A stretch of DNA of 64,000 nt from Candidatus Bathyarchaeota archaeon (lineage in GTDB: Archaea; Thermoproteota; Bathyarchaeia; Bathyarchaeales; Bathycorpusculaceae), in NCBI GenBank assembly GCA_963707955.1, contig OY970176.1, positions 448,001-512,000 on the forward strand. Direction: 5' to 3'. A program made the position numbers and the translations under genes. This document shows, piece by piece, positions 40,879 through 50,009 of this stretch; position 1 is the stretch's first letter, and each line of letters opens with the position of its first letter. The notes beneath the pieces are model-generated. The model worked only from the letters and a program-made list of their open reading frames with translations. It did not search any database and was not told where the DNA came from.

Positions 40879-41976
40879 TTAGGCCTTTCCAGTCACTGCA
40901 TAGCACGCCACGTAATGCCCTTTTCCGACGTCCACAAGCTGGGGCTCCTTGTGCGGGCACAGCCCGCTCATTGCACTCGGGCACCTCGGGTGGAAGCGGC
41001 ATCCGCTGGGGGGGTTTATTGGGCTTGGAACATCACCCTTCAAAGGAGCGCGTACTCTACGCTTCGTCGGGTCGGGCAGAGGTATTGAAGCCATCAAAGC
41101 CTGCGTGTACGGGTGTAAAGCGTTACGGAATATTTCATTGGTGTCCGCTAGCTCCACTATTTTTCCAAGGTACATGACGCCAACTCTGTTGCTTATTACC
41201 TCTACCACACTTAAATCGTGACTTACAAAAATGTAGGTGAGTCCTAGGTCTTTCTGCAATTTCACGAACATGTCAAGCAGTTGAGCTCTCACTGAAACAT
41301 CAACTGCCGACGTGGGCTCGTCCAGAACAACAAATTCTGGATGGGTCACAAGAGCCCTTGCCACAGCAACCCTCTGCCTCTGCCCGCCGCTGAATTCATG
41401 CGGGTAACGGAACAAGTGCCTCTCGCTCAGGCCCACTTCTTGCAACATTTCCAGCGTTCTGTTCCTGGCAAGTTGACCCTTCGCGACACCCTGCGCTATC
41501 AGCGGTTCAGAAACTATGTCTTTAATGAGCATTCTAGGGTCTAAAGAGGTGGTGGGGTCTTGATAGACTATCTGCATTTTTCTCCGCAACTGGCGCAACC
41601 TGTGACCCCTATACTTTGCCAAGTCTGTTTTAGACCGTAATATCCTCAAGCGATTCTTCATTCTTGAAAGTTCCTGTTTCTCTATGCCACTTGGGGGACC
41701 TGCGATTTTCTGCTCCAAATCGCCTATCTCTTTGAGCGTCGCCTGTGGGACATCAAGGTAGATTTGTCCAGAAGTTGCAGGGTAGAGCCTTATAATGGTC
41801 TTGCCCAACGTTGTCTTTCCGCAGCCCGATTCTCCCACGACCCCGAAGCATTCGCCCTTAAATATTTCAAGGTTCACGTCGTCCACGGCCCTCACATCCG
41901 CGACCCGTCTCCTAAAGACGCCGCCAAACACTGGAAAATATTTTTTAAGATGCCTAACTGTGAGCAGGGTGTCCAT
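40879..41976 (-). CDS. oppF: Oligopeptide/dipeptide ABC transporter ATP-binding protein
   Basis: GESGCGKT, YPHEFSGGQRQR, DEPTSA and C-terminal GCRFHPRC. Confidence 0.92.
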   Translation of the reverse strand: MDTLLTVRHLKKYFPVFGGVFRRRVADVRAVDDVNLEIFKGECFGVVGESGCGKTTLGKTIIRLYPATSGQIYLDVPQATLKEIGDLEQKIAGPPSGIEKQELSRMKNRLRILRSKTDLAKYRGHRLRQLRRKMQIVYQDPTTSLDPRMLIKDIVSEPLIAQGVAKGQLARNRTLEMLQEVGLSERHLFRYPHEFSGGQRQRVAVARALVTHPEFVVLDEPTSAVDVSVRAQLLDMFVKLQKDLGLTYIFVSHDLSVVEVISNRVGVMYLGKIVELADTNEIFRNALHPYTQALMASIPLPDPTKRRVRAPLKGDVPSPINPPSGCRFHPRCPSAMSGLCPHKEPQLVDVGKGHYVACYAVTGKA

Positions 41977-41977
41977 T

Positions 41978-43175
41978 CTAGCTCCTCCGGTCATGGGACG
42001 TATAGAGGAAGCACGATGCGTAATGGTTTTCCTTCACTTCCACGAACGGCGGCTTCACCTCTCTACACACGTCCATTGCGTACCTGCAACGGTCATGGAA
42101 CCTGCAACCTGGAATAGGATTAATCAAGCTGGGAACAGTTCCGGGTATAGATTTCAACGGTTTTCCAGGGCTCGGTATTGATTCAAGCAACGCCTGCGTG
42201 TACGGGTGGATGGGCTCCGCAAAGATCTTGTGGACTTCGGCCATCTCAACTGCGTTGCCCGCGTACATTACGACGACACGGTCGCAAAGTTGAGCCACCA
42301 CGCCGAGGTCGTGAGTTATGTACAGGATGGAGGATTTTCTTCTCTCTTTGAGCGCTGACACGAGTTCAAGTATTTGGGCTTGCACGGTCACATCCAAGTT
42401 TGTTGTGGGCTCGTCGCAGATCAGCACCCTAGGATCACACGCAAGAGCCATGGCTATTACCATGCGCTGAGCCATGCCGCCGCTGAGCTCGTGGGGATAC
42501 ATGTGTGCCACTCTTTCTGGATCTGCAATCTGCATATCTTCGAGTAGTCCTATAACTTCCTTGTGAACTTCTTTCTTCAACAGCTTCCCAAATCTACGGA
42601 CAATTGGCACTTTAGACAGAAATCTCACGTAGCGATCGTTAGGGTTCTTTGCCATCCTCTTGTAAACGCTGATGTTGAACTTAAGGATCCTGTTCAAGAA
42701 TGGATCAGCTTGATAAAGCAGGCTTTCCCCTCTTCTTGCGTATTCCTCGGTCAGCTGATCCAGTACTCTCCGAGCAAATTCTTGTTTCCTGTGAACCATG
42801 ATCACTTCGGTGATCTGGTATTCCACGTTGTACACTGGATTGAGATAGGCCCTTGGCTCCTGAAAAACCATTGATATTTCATGGCCTCGGATTGTCCTCA
42901 GAAAGTCCTGCTTTTGATTGAGCAGATTGAGTTGCTTTCCTTTATAATCAAATAGTATTTGCCCGCCCTCTATTTTTCCCGGTGGCATGACGATGCCCAT
43001 CAGTGCCAGGGCCGTGACGCTCTTGCCGGCAGCCGGTCTCACCAACGACTCCTAGAACCTCGTCTTCTTTGAGGTATAGGCTCACGCCGTCCAGTGCTTC
43101 GACAACACCTGCGTACGTGTAGAAACGCAAAACCAAACCGTCAAACCTTACCACTTGCCCGCTTTCCAATTTCAT
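41978..43175 (-). CDS. oppD: Oligopeptide/dipeptide ABC transporter ATP-binding protein; +1 frameshift in Walker A at ~43030
   Basis: GVVGETGC|GKSVT is restored by removing one C; YPHELSGGMAQR, DEPTTNLDVTVQAQ and GCRFHDRC. Confidence 0.88.
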
Positions 43176-44332
43176 CTCCTCCTCAGCGTCGGGTCCAAGA
43201 TGTCCCTTACTGCGTCTCCAAGCAGGTTCCATCCGAGGCAAAATATGAATATGAAGGCACCGGGGATTATCCAGATGTACCAGTATAGACCTAGCGCGCC
43301 CGCCTGTCCTATGTAGTCTTGTGATTTCTGAACTAGCTGTCCCCAGTCTGCATAGTTTGTGGGAGCGCCTATTCCCAGAAAGCTCAGTGCTGCTGCGGTT
43401 AAAACTACTCCTCCGATGTCGAGTGAAGCCAAGATCAGTATTGGGTATATAGCGTTTGGGACGATGTGTCTGACCATGATTCTAATGTCTGAAGAACCCG
43501 AAGCTTTTGCAGCTTCAATATAATCCTCGTTTTTTGTTCTCAACACTTCCCCGCGTATGACCCTCGTGTACCCGGGCCACCCTACCAGTGTGAGCGCTAT
43601 CAGCACTTTGTCAAGCTTCCCGAGACTAAGGCCAAAGCCTATGTTTGGCAGATAGCTCGCAAGCACGGCAACGCTCAGGAGGATTGCCACCACCGCGGAT
43701 ATCAGCCATGCCATTGATCTTAGGCTTGTGATTCGCGCCCTTGAAAATGCCAGATTTGATATCGTTATTAAACTCAAGACAACCGCGATTATCGGTAGAA
43801 TATAGGCCACTCCAAGAATCAGGTTGTCCGGCAAGACTGCAACGAACACGATTGCTAAGACGAGGCCTGGAAAGGCGAAGATTATGTCAGTGAACCTCAT
43901 TAGCACTTCATCAATCAACCCACCGTAATATCCTGCAAGTATTCCGATGGTCAACCCTATCAACAACGACAATCCTACAACGATTATTCCCACACGGAAC
44001 GCGGTTATGCTTCCCCACACGCACGCATAATATATGTCATAATTATCCACGGTAAGACCAAACGGGCTGGTTGCGCTCGGCGGCGTCGGCACAGAAAACC
44101 ATGAGGAGCGGGGAATTGTAAAGGGATCGCGAACCTTCGTAATGTCCCAAGAAGGCTTCGGTGCGAGTATAGGAGCGGATGCGGCCATTATGACAAAGAA
44201 GACGATTATGAACACACCTACTAATGACAAAGGACTCCTTCTTATTCGGTAAAGCATGAATTTTAGCTCTGCCATCGTAGGCGATGCTGCCTTCTCGATT
44301 TTCTCCGGCTTTTTCTCTGATGTTTTAGCCAT
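43172..44332 (-). CDS. oppC: Oligopeptide/dipeptide ABC transporter permease
   Basis: EDYIEAAKASG, HIVPNA, AALSFLGIG and NLLGDAVRDILDP. Confidence 0.92.
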   Translation of the reverse strand: MAKTSEKKPEKIEKAASPTMAELKFMLYRIRRSPLSLVGVFIIVFFVIMAASAPILAPKPSWDITKVRDPFTIPRSSWFSVPTPPSATSPFGLTVDNYDIYYACVWGSITAFRVGIIVVGLSLLIGLTIGILAGYYGGLIDEVLMRFTDIIFAFPGLVLAIVFVAVLPDNLILGVAYILPIIAVVLSLITISNLAFSRARITSLRSMAWLISAVVAILLSVAVLASYLPNIGFGLSLGKLDKVLIALTLVGWPGYTRVIRGEVLRTKNEDYIEAAKASGSSDIRIMVRHIVPNAIYPILILASLDIGGVVLTAAALSFLGIGAPTNYADWGQLVQKSQDYIGQAGALGLYWYIWIIPGAFIFIFCLGWNLLGDAVRDILDPTLRRR

Positions 44333-44335
44333 TTA

Positions 44336-45385
44336 TTATCCCAGTCTTATCCTTGGGTCGAGATATGCGTAGAGGACGTCAACTAGCAGGTTTGAGATGA
44401 TGTATATGAAGGCCGTAAACAGCGTAAATCCAACTACCATAGGTACGTCAGGAGCCATGCCTCCCCCTGCGCCTGCGGCCCGAGCGACCAAGTTACCTAC
44501 ACCGGGGATGTTAAAAACTGTCTCGGTGATAACTAATCCACCCATCATTCCTGCAACTATCAAGCCCGAGATGGTAACCACAGGTATGAGCGCGTTCCTC
44601 CTTGCATGCCTGTTTATCACCTCTCTTTCCTTCAAGCCTTTCGCCCTTGCAGTTATTACGTATGACTTATTCAACGCTTCAAGCATGCTTGACCGCGTAA
44701 TTCTGATTAAAGCAGCCACATTCACCACAACGAGGCATATCACTGGGAGCACCAAGTGTTCTAAAGCGTCCACTACTATGTCCCAGCTTCCGTTCAGTAT
44801 GCCGTCTATGACGTACATTCCAGTGTAACTGTGCCAGTTTGTGTTCGCCCACACCTGGATTTGATGAGGTAAACTTAATTGTCCATACGAAAAAAACCCG
44901 AAGAGACCGAACGCTAAAGCAATGAGAATTAGAGCTAACCAGAACAATGGAACGGAGTAACCGCTAATGCTTAGTAACCGCGTGAAATGGTCGATCGGTC
45001 CATCCTTGTGTACAGCAGAAACCACTCCCAAAAGAATCCCAAACAATATTATGAAAGGCGATGAAAAGAGAACGATTTCAATCGTGGCAGGCCATGCATG
45101 CAGCATCACTTGAAGCACCGGTCCCATTCCAACATAAGAATAACCCAAGTTTCCATGAATTAACGAGTTGAACCAATCTGCAAACTGCACCCAAACCGCG
45201 CTATTCAAATGGTGCTGCTCAATAATTAGAGGTAGATTTTGAAGCTGCTTTTCATTTCTCACGTAGAGCATTGCTCTTGCAGTTGGACTAAGAAGTTGAG
45301 TGGTGGCAAAAACAAGCAATACTGCGCCCAGAGCCACGGGAATCACAAGCAGCAACCTTCTAATGATGTATTCCCTCAGTCCCAT
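44336..45385 (-). CDS. oppB: Oligopeptide/dipeptide ABC transporter permease
   Basis: YIIRRLL, TRSSMLE, YVITARAKGL, HARRNALIP and YAYLDPRIR. Confidence 0.92.
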   Translation of the reverse strand: MGLREYIIRRLLLVIPVALGAVLLVFATTQLLSPTARAMLYVRNEKQLQNLPLIIEQHHLNSAVWVQFADWFNSLIHGNLGYSYVGMGPVLQVMLHAWPATIEIVLFSSPFIILFGILLGVVSAVHKDGPIDHFTRLLSISGYSVPLFWLALILIALAFGLFGFFSYGQLSLPHQIQVWANTNWHSYTGMYVIDGILNGSWDIVVDALEHLVLPVICLVVVNVAALIRITRSSMLEALNKSYVITARAKGLKEREVINRHARRNALIPVVTISGLIVAGMMGGLVITETVFNIPGVGNLVARAAGAGGGMAPDVPMVVGFTLFTAFIYIISNLLVDVLYAYLDPRIRLG

Positions 45386-45545
45386 CCAGATTCTTCCTTG
45401 GTTAGATGCTACTCAGGTTGAATTTATATTCTTGTCGAAAACAGCCTCGGAACAGACACCCATCACCGTCCCTGTTGAAGCCTCGAAGCCTTCTTCTACC
45501 CTCAACGCTAACGCTCAAACGACATCAGCACCCTCAAAATCTGCG

Positions 45546-45565
45546 AAAACAAAAAAAGGGGAAGT
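45546..45565 (-). terminator. Pyrimidine/oligo-T terminator after the binding-protein gene
   Basis: CTTCCCCTTTTTTTGTTTTC on the minus strand; a similar TTTCCCCCCTTTTTATTTTT follows the 30517 gene. Confidence 0.5.
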
Positions 45566-45607
45566 TGAGCTTTGCTGTTGTTCGTTTTGTCTGCTGTTTC
45601 TCGCGTG

Positions 45608-48103
45608 CTACGGAATACCGTACCACACGCCGTACTGCCAAGCACCGTTTCCGGTGCCGCTCACAGTGTCCACTTGGCCGAAGTGCGATAGGATCGTCAC
45701 TATGTCGCCCATGTTGATTACTCTGTCAGTCCATTCTAGACGTGGTGTGCCGATGATGTCACAGAAGAAGTTCCATCTTGCCTGCATGAGTGGCCAGAAA
45801 CCTCCTCCTGAGCCGAATTGGCCGTAGTAGGATCCGAAGGCTTTCAGTGCGTCGATTACGTCTGCCATGTTAACTGCGCCGCTGCGGTCCACGTCGCCCG
45901 GTATGCCGTTGTACTTCCACAGGTTGTAGGCGTAGAGTCCTGGGTAGAGTGGGTTGTAGTAGTGTCCCTGCACCCAGTCTCTATGGAAACCCGTGCCTAC
46001 CGGCGTCATCAGGGTGACGCTTGGCACGTCGTTGTAGTAGATTGATTCCACTTGGTAGTAGTCATTTTGTAACGTCGTCGGGTCGTTGGTGTACGCTGTT
46101 ACTTTCAAGAGCGCGTCCACTGTCGGGTTGCTGTATGATGTGAACGCGGCGTACTCGTTCCCGGTTTCCATGTATGGGACCAAGAAGTCTTGTAGACCAG
46201 AGTAGTCTGCGAGCCATCCAATCATGAATTCTGGTAGTTTTCCAAACGTCATGTCGGTGAGCTCAGTGCCCCAGACGCATCCTTGAGATGATGCGTGGAA
46301 GTTGGGGTTGAGACTGTTGATCATGACTGCCAAATTGTCCATCATGTTCTGCCTTGGACTGTTTCCAATGTTGTAGAGTAACTTTATTGTGAACCCGATT
46401 GAGGTCAGGTTAGTGTTCGCTAAAGCCATGTATGCTGCTGCCTGTGCAAGGTTGATGCTGTATGTTGCCTGCGCAGGGTTGATGTATGGAAAGCCGTTCG
46501 GTGCGCAGGTGATTGGCTCATAACCTCTGCCATAGAACTGGGTCTGTATGTAGTACGTCTCGTTTATGCAATAGGCGAACATCTTGCGGATGTTTACGTC
46601 GGCAAAGAAGTTGCTCGGAATACCGGTACCCGTCCAGACTCCCGCAGGATCTATCTCACCATACGCGCCAGTGACGTTCGTTTGTATGGCTTGGTTCATG
46701 AAGAACGATTCAGTCGCCACTGATGGAATCGGATAGTTGCATTGTATGCCGGGCTTTGTGGGGTCATTAACCACCCGCGGATCGCTTAGCGGGTACGGTG
46801 AACCTGTGAAAAGATTCTGCGAAGCAAGGGCCATCGGCGTGTAAGCAAAGTCAGCTGCTCCGGCGACTAAGGCGGCCAAGCCACCAGCTGTAGCGATCTG
46901 CGCGACTACAAATGTGTCCACCCAACCCTGTGGCTTAGTAGGTGGGCTGTTTGCGCTGTTTGGCGGCTGGTAAGGCGTGTTTGGCCATGATGCCGGCCAA
47001 CCTCCCCAGTAGCCTGGGTCGGCGCCGGTGAACCTCACCATGACGTATGCGCCGTCGAGTGCTGGGTTGTAGGATTGCAGTATGTAGGGGCCTGTTCCGC
47101 ATGTGACACCGCCCGCCACTTCGTCGTAGATTGCAATGCCTGGGCTATAATACATTGACCAGTTGTTCCAGTCGTCGAAGGTCCATTCAATCTCGTCGCC
47201 AGTCCCTCCAGTCAAAGCGTCGGTTACACCGTGTGCGTACAAGTATGGGATGAGGTAGCCGAGCGTCCATTGGTAGCTTACGATGCTTGCCCATTGTTGC
47301 GCCCACACTTGGAAGAACGTGTTCAACGGATAGTCTATGGGCAGAGCGCCTGTGGCAGTCCAGAAGTTGGGGTTAAAGCTTCCATCGGGCATGAACATGT
47401 TCACTGAATTAGAAAATGTTGCTGCCGCGACTGCGAAGCCTTGGTTTGGAATGTTGAACCAGCAGTCAGTGCTGTTGTACTGTACAGCTCCCATGAGATG
47501 CGTCTGGAAGGTGGAGTTTGTCAGGTCGGCCGTGGTTATTGAGTCTTGGAGCAGCAACGCGTCGTATATCAGCCAGTAACTGCCCTCGTTCGAGTAGGCG
47601 TGAACCAGGTTGCGGTCGAAGCTGTAGGCAACGTCCTCCGGCGTTAAGTAGTACTGAGCCCAGGTCAGGTTGCCCGCGTCAGCTCTGCTCCAGGTTTGGA
47701 ACGGAACGTTGGTGCGAATCTTGAAGTCAACCGTGAAGTTCGTGTATGCTGGAGATCCCGCGATTGGAGGTTGAACAGTCACCTGTGTAGCGAGCATTGC
47801 TAGGTACTCGTTGGAAACTCCACTGTTTGGTACGTTGCCGCTTTGTTCACCGTTGAAGAAGATGAGCGGATCGTACGCGTTCATTAACAGTTCTGCCGAG
47901 GCTGTGTCGTACTCCGCAGCGGGGTCAAGCGTAGCTGGGCCACCGCCTCGAAGCGTGTCTTCAACGAGCGTGTTCGGGTTCTGTACAGCGCCGCCTGCGC
48001 CTGTCGGTGCGGTCGGTACTGTAGCGATTACTGGGTACATGATCATCGGTAGTACCATTATGAAAGCCATAGCGATGCCTAACATCACATATATTTTATT
48101 CAT
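45608..48103 (-). CDS. oppA: ABC solute-binding protein (family 5, OppA/DppA-like) with C-terminal dockerin
   Basis: PATLDPAAEYDT, LTPEDVAYSFDR, GTGPYIL, FADVNIRKMFAY, GWLADY; then GDVDRSGAVNMAD...AFGS...RWN...CD...DRVINMGD...HFG. Confidence 0.88.
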   Translation of the reverse strand: MNKIYVMLGIAMAFIMVLPMIMYPVIATVPTAPTGAGGAVQNPNTLVEDTLRGGGPATLDPAAEYDTASAELLMNAYDPLIFFNGEQSGNVPNSGVSNEYLAMLATQVTVQPPIAGSPAYTNFTVDFKIRTNVPFQTWSRADAGNLTWAQYYLTPEDVAYSFDRNLVHAYSNEGSYWLIYDALLLQDSITTADLTNSTFQTHLMGAVQYNSTDCWFNIPNQGFAVAAATFSNSVNMFMPDGSFNPNFWTATGALPIDYPLNTFFQVWAQQWASIVSYQWTLGYLIPYLYAHGVTDALTGGTGDEIEWTFDDWNNWSMYYSPGIAIYDEVAGGVTCGTGPYILQSYNPALDGAYVMVRFTGADPGYWGGWPASWPNTPYQPPNSANSPPTKPQGWVDTFVVAQIATAGGLAALVAGAADFAYTPMALASQNLFTGSPYPLSDPRVVNDPTKPGIQCNYPIPSVATESFFMNQAIQTNVTGAYGEIDPAGVWTGTGIPSNFFADVNIRKMFAYCINETYYIQTQFYGRGYEPITCAPNGFPYINPAQATYSINLAQAAAYMALANTNLTSIGFTIKLLYNIGNSPRQNMMDNLAVMINSLNPNFHASSQGCVWGTELTDMTFGKLPEFMIGWLADYSGLQDFLVPYMETGNEYAAFTSYSNPTVDALLKVTAYTNDPTTLQNDYYQVESIYYNDVPSVTLMTPVGTGFHRDWVQGHYYNPLYPGLYAYNLWKYNGIPGDVDRSGAVNMADVIDALKAFGSYYGQFGSGGGFWPLMQARWNFFCDIIGTPRLEWTDRVINMGDIVTILSHFGQVDTVSGTGNGAWQYGVWYGIP

Positions 48104-48280
48104 TGTTTTCTCTCCTTTTCTCCTATAATTTTTCAGCAAATACTACTTCACGCCAGTGACATTTAACCTTTATGGAAGATTGTTTCATTGCAATAGTTCT
48201 GTCAAAACAGGCTTTTCGAAAGCTCTTAATAAACGAATATTTGACGAAAACAGAGTCCAGAATCGCCTGCTGTTTCACGC

Positions 48281-48976
48281 TCAGGCAGCGTAGGCGAAGA
48301 CGCTGCGAGAAAACCTGTTCTTCATCGCCCTAATCAGCAGAGTCAAGGCCGCGATGATCACTGTCCAGAGTATGGGCGTTGCGAACGGAGAAAAACCGAA
48401 AGCTGGGCCCGTTCGGAGCAGCGCCTCGCTCAGCCATGCGAAAGAGGTAAGGAACAAGGGAACCAGAGAGGACAACACTGAACCTAGAATCACGAACACA
48501 ACGGCCAAGCCAAAGTAGTAGTTGCTCAACCAGGACAGTGCGTTCTTCACTATTCGAAGCGCCTTCAAGTCGCCTTCGCCAAACCCTGTGTCTTTCGGAG
48601 TTTTCAAGAAAACGGTTGCGTTGTGATAGACCTCGAATGCACCGTCCACGAAAAGAAGGTTCAAGGAGATGACTGCCAGGACAGCGCTGAACAGTAAGCC
48701 ATTCACGAGGACCTCAACAAACACAAAAAAGGCCAAGCCCATACCGGCCAGCCCCATGAAAGGAACAGCCATCAGCAGACTATCGATCATCCTTCTACTC
48801 TCAGGAAAAGGATCGAAAATATTGAATGTGCGGTCGAACACGCTCACCGAAGGGTTTTCAACGACTCTTTTCAAACGTCGAAACCGACGACGGAAAAAAA
48901 CGGCCAAAACTACTGACAGGAAACCCGAACCAAACATGGTCAACGAAGAAGAGAAAAAGGCCGTTTCAGTTACCAT
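48281..48976 (-). CDS. Hypothetical multi-pass membrane protein
   Basis: 231 aa with about five hydrophobic segments. Confidence 0.7.
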   Translation of the reverse strand: MVTETAFFSSSLTMFGSGFLSVVLAVFFRRRFRRLKRVVENPSVSVFDRTFNIFDPFPESRRMIDSLLMAVPFMGLAGMGLAFFVFVEVLVNGLLFSAVLAVISLNLLFVDGAFEVYHNATVFLKTPKDTGFGEGDLKALRIVKNALSWLSNYYFGLAVVFVILGSVLSSLVPLFLTSFAWLSEALLRTGPAFGFSPFATPILWTVIIAALTLLIRAMKNRFSRSVFAYAA

Positions 48977-49356
48977 GCTCCAACGCCTTCAACCCGACTG
49001 GAACCTTCAACATCACAAAACGTTGTCAGCTCAACTAATATGCTTGTTGCCTGCACGCTCAAGGTTCACACAATAGAAAAAGAGGTCTTTAGCTTCTTCC
49101 GCGCTCGCCATGTTTGGCGCACCCAAGTTCATTAAATTCCCTTTTCTAAGCGTGATAGAGCCAAGCTGAAAGAGCCAGGTTGAAAAGACAGGCCACCTTT
49201 GTTAAATCATTCTAAATGTTCAGCAACACTGTCTGCTGATTCTTTTCAAAGAGTCACGAACCATTTGAACAGCTCAAGTTTGCTCGAACATCTGAGTTCG
49301 ACATAAGCCCACAGCATTCGCATGCCATAAAATAGGCAACAAAAAAGTGTCAGCAC

Positions 49357-49515
49357 CTAGCTTTCGCTAATCTTCTTCAACTGTTTTCTATAAATCTCTA
49401 CGATCTCGTTCACAGTAGTAGCATCCTCTGCGGCCTTGTCTAAACGGTAGTTTCCTGTGAAACGTGGAAACCGAATAGCGAGTCCGCTTCCCTTGGGAAT
49501 TACATCCATGGCACA
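49357..49515 (-). pseudogene. Remnant of a second DNA ligase 3' end (52 codons)
   Basis: [34 protein letters not shown]...QLKKISES*; 37/52 aa identical to the C-terminus of the intact ligase. Confidence 0.85.
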
Positions 49516-49583
49516 CCTTAGAAAAGCAAACAACAAGATTTTAAGTATAAAGTGCATCATCTATACTTACGGGGGAGGACAGG

Positions 49584-49838
49584 TTGCCGCCGGCTGTTTG
49601 GGTAGAGATGAATTGTCCCGACCACGGCTTGGAACGCTTCAAGATAAAAGTCATCAAGAAGTATAACGTCAAGAAAGAGTTGATCGAGCCGAAGTTCAGG
49701 ATGAAACTCAAGCATGAACTTGCCGGGGTAGTTGTTGGAAAAAACGTGAGCCACCTAGAAGTCAGGGATTACTTGGTGGAGTACTTCAGAGCAGCAGGAA
49801 TGACGGACAGAATCGTGAGCATGAGGTACCAGCTGTAA
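49584..49838 (+). CDS. Small basic CPxHG-motif protein, paralog of 34889-35140
   Basis: CPDHGLERFKIKVIKKYNV...PKFR...IVSMR; GGGGGAGG RBS before TTG and an upstream TTTAAGTATAA box. Confidence 0.8.
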   Translation: MPPAVWVEMNCPDHGLERFKIKVIKKYNVKKELIEPKFRMKLKHELAGVVVGKNVSHLEVRDYLVEYFRAAGMTDRIVSMRYQL

Positions 49839-50009
49839 GATGCGTGTTTTTCAGCCTTTCAATGGGCAACTGAAGCCACGATTAGCCGGGTAGACTTTGA
49901 GATCGTAGTTCTAGTCAGAATCGTAAAGGAACTAAACCCACATAGGGAAATAGGAACAACGTCAGAAGAAGACGCAGGTGGATATGGGAAAGACTTGCAG
50001 ATGTGTCAA

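Noticed and set aside
43020-43045. Programmed frameshifting in oppD and the other split genes
   Set aside because: No slippery heptamer or shared context; sequencing error is simpler.
49516-49560. N-terminal part of the 67-aa ORF 49357-49560 as a real protein start
   Set aside because: It overlaps the TATA region of the divergent 49584 gene and has no ligase homology; only 49357-49515 is ligase-derived.
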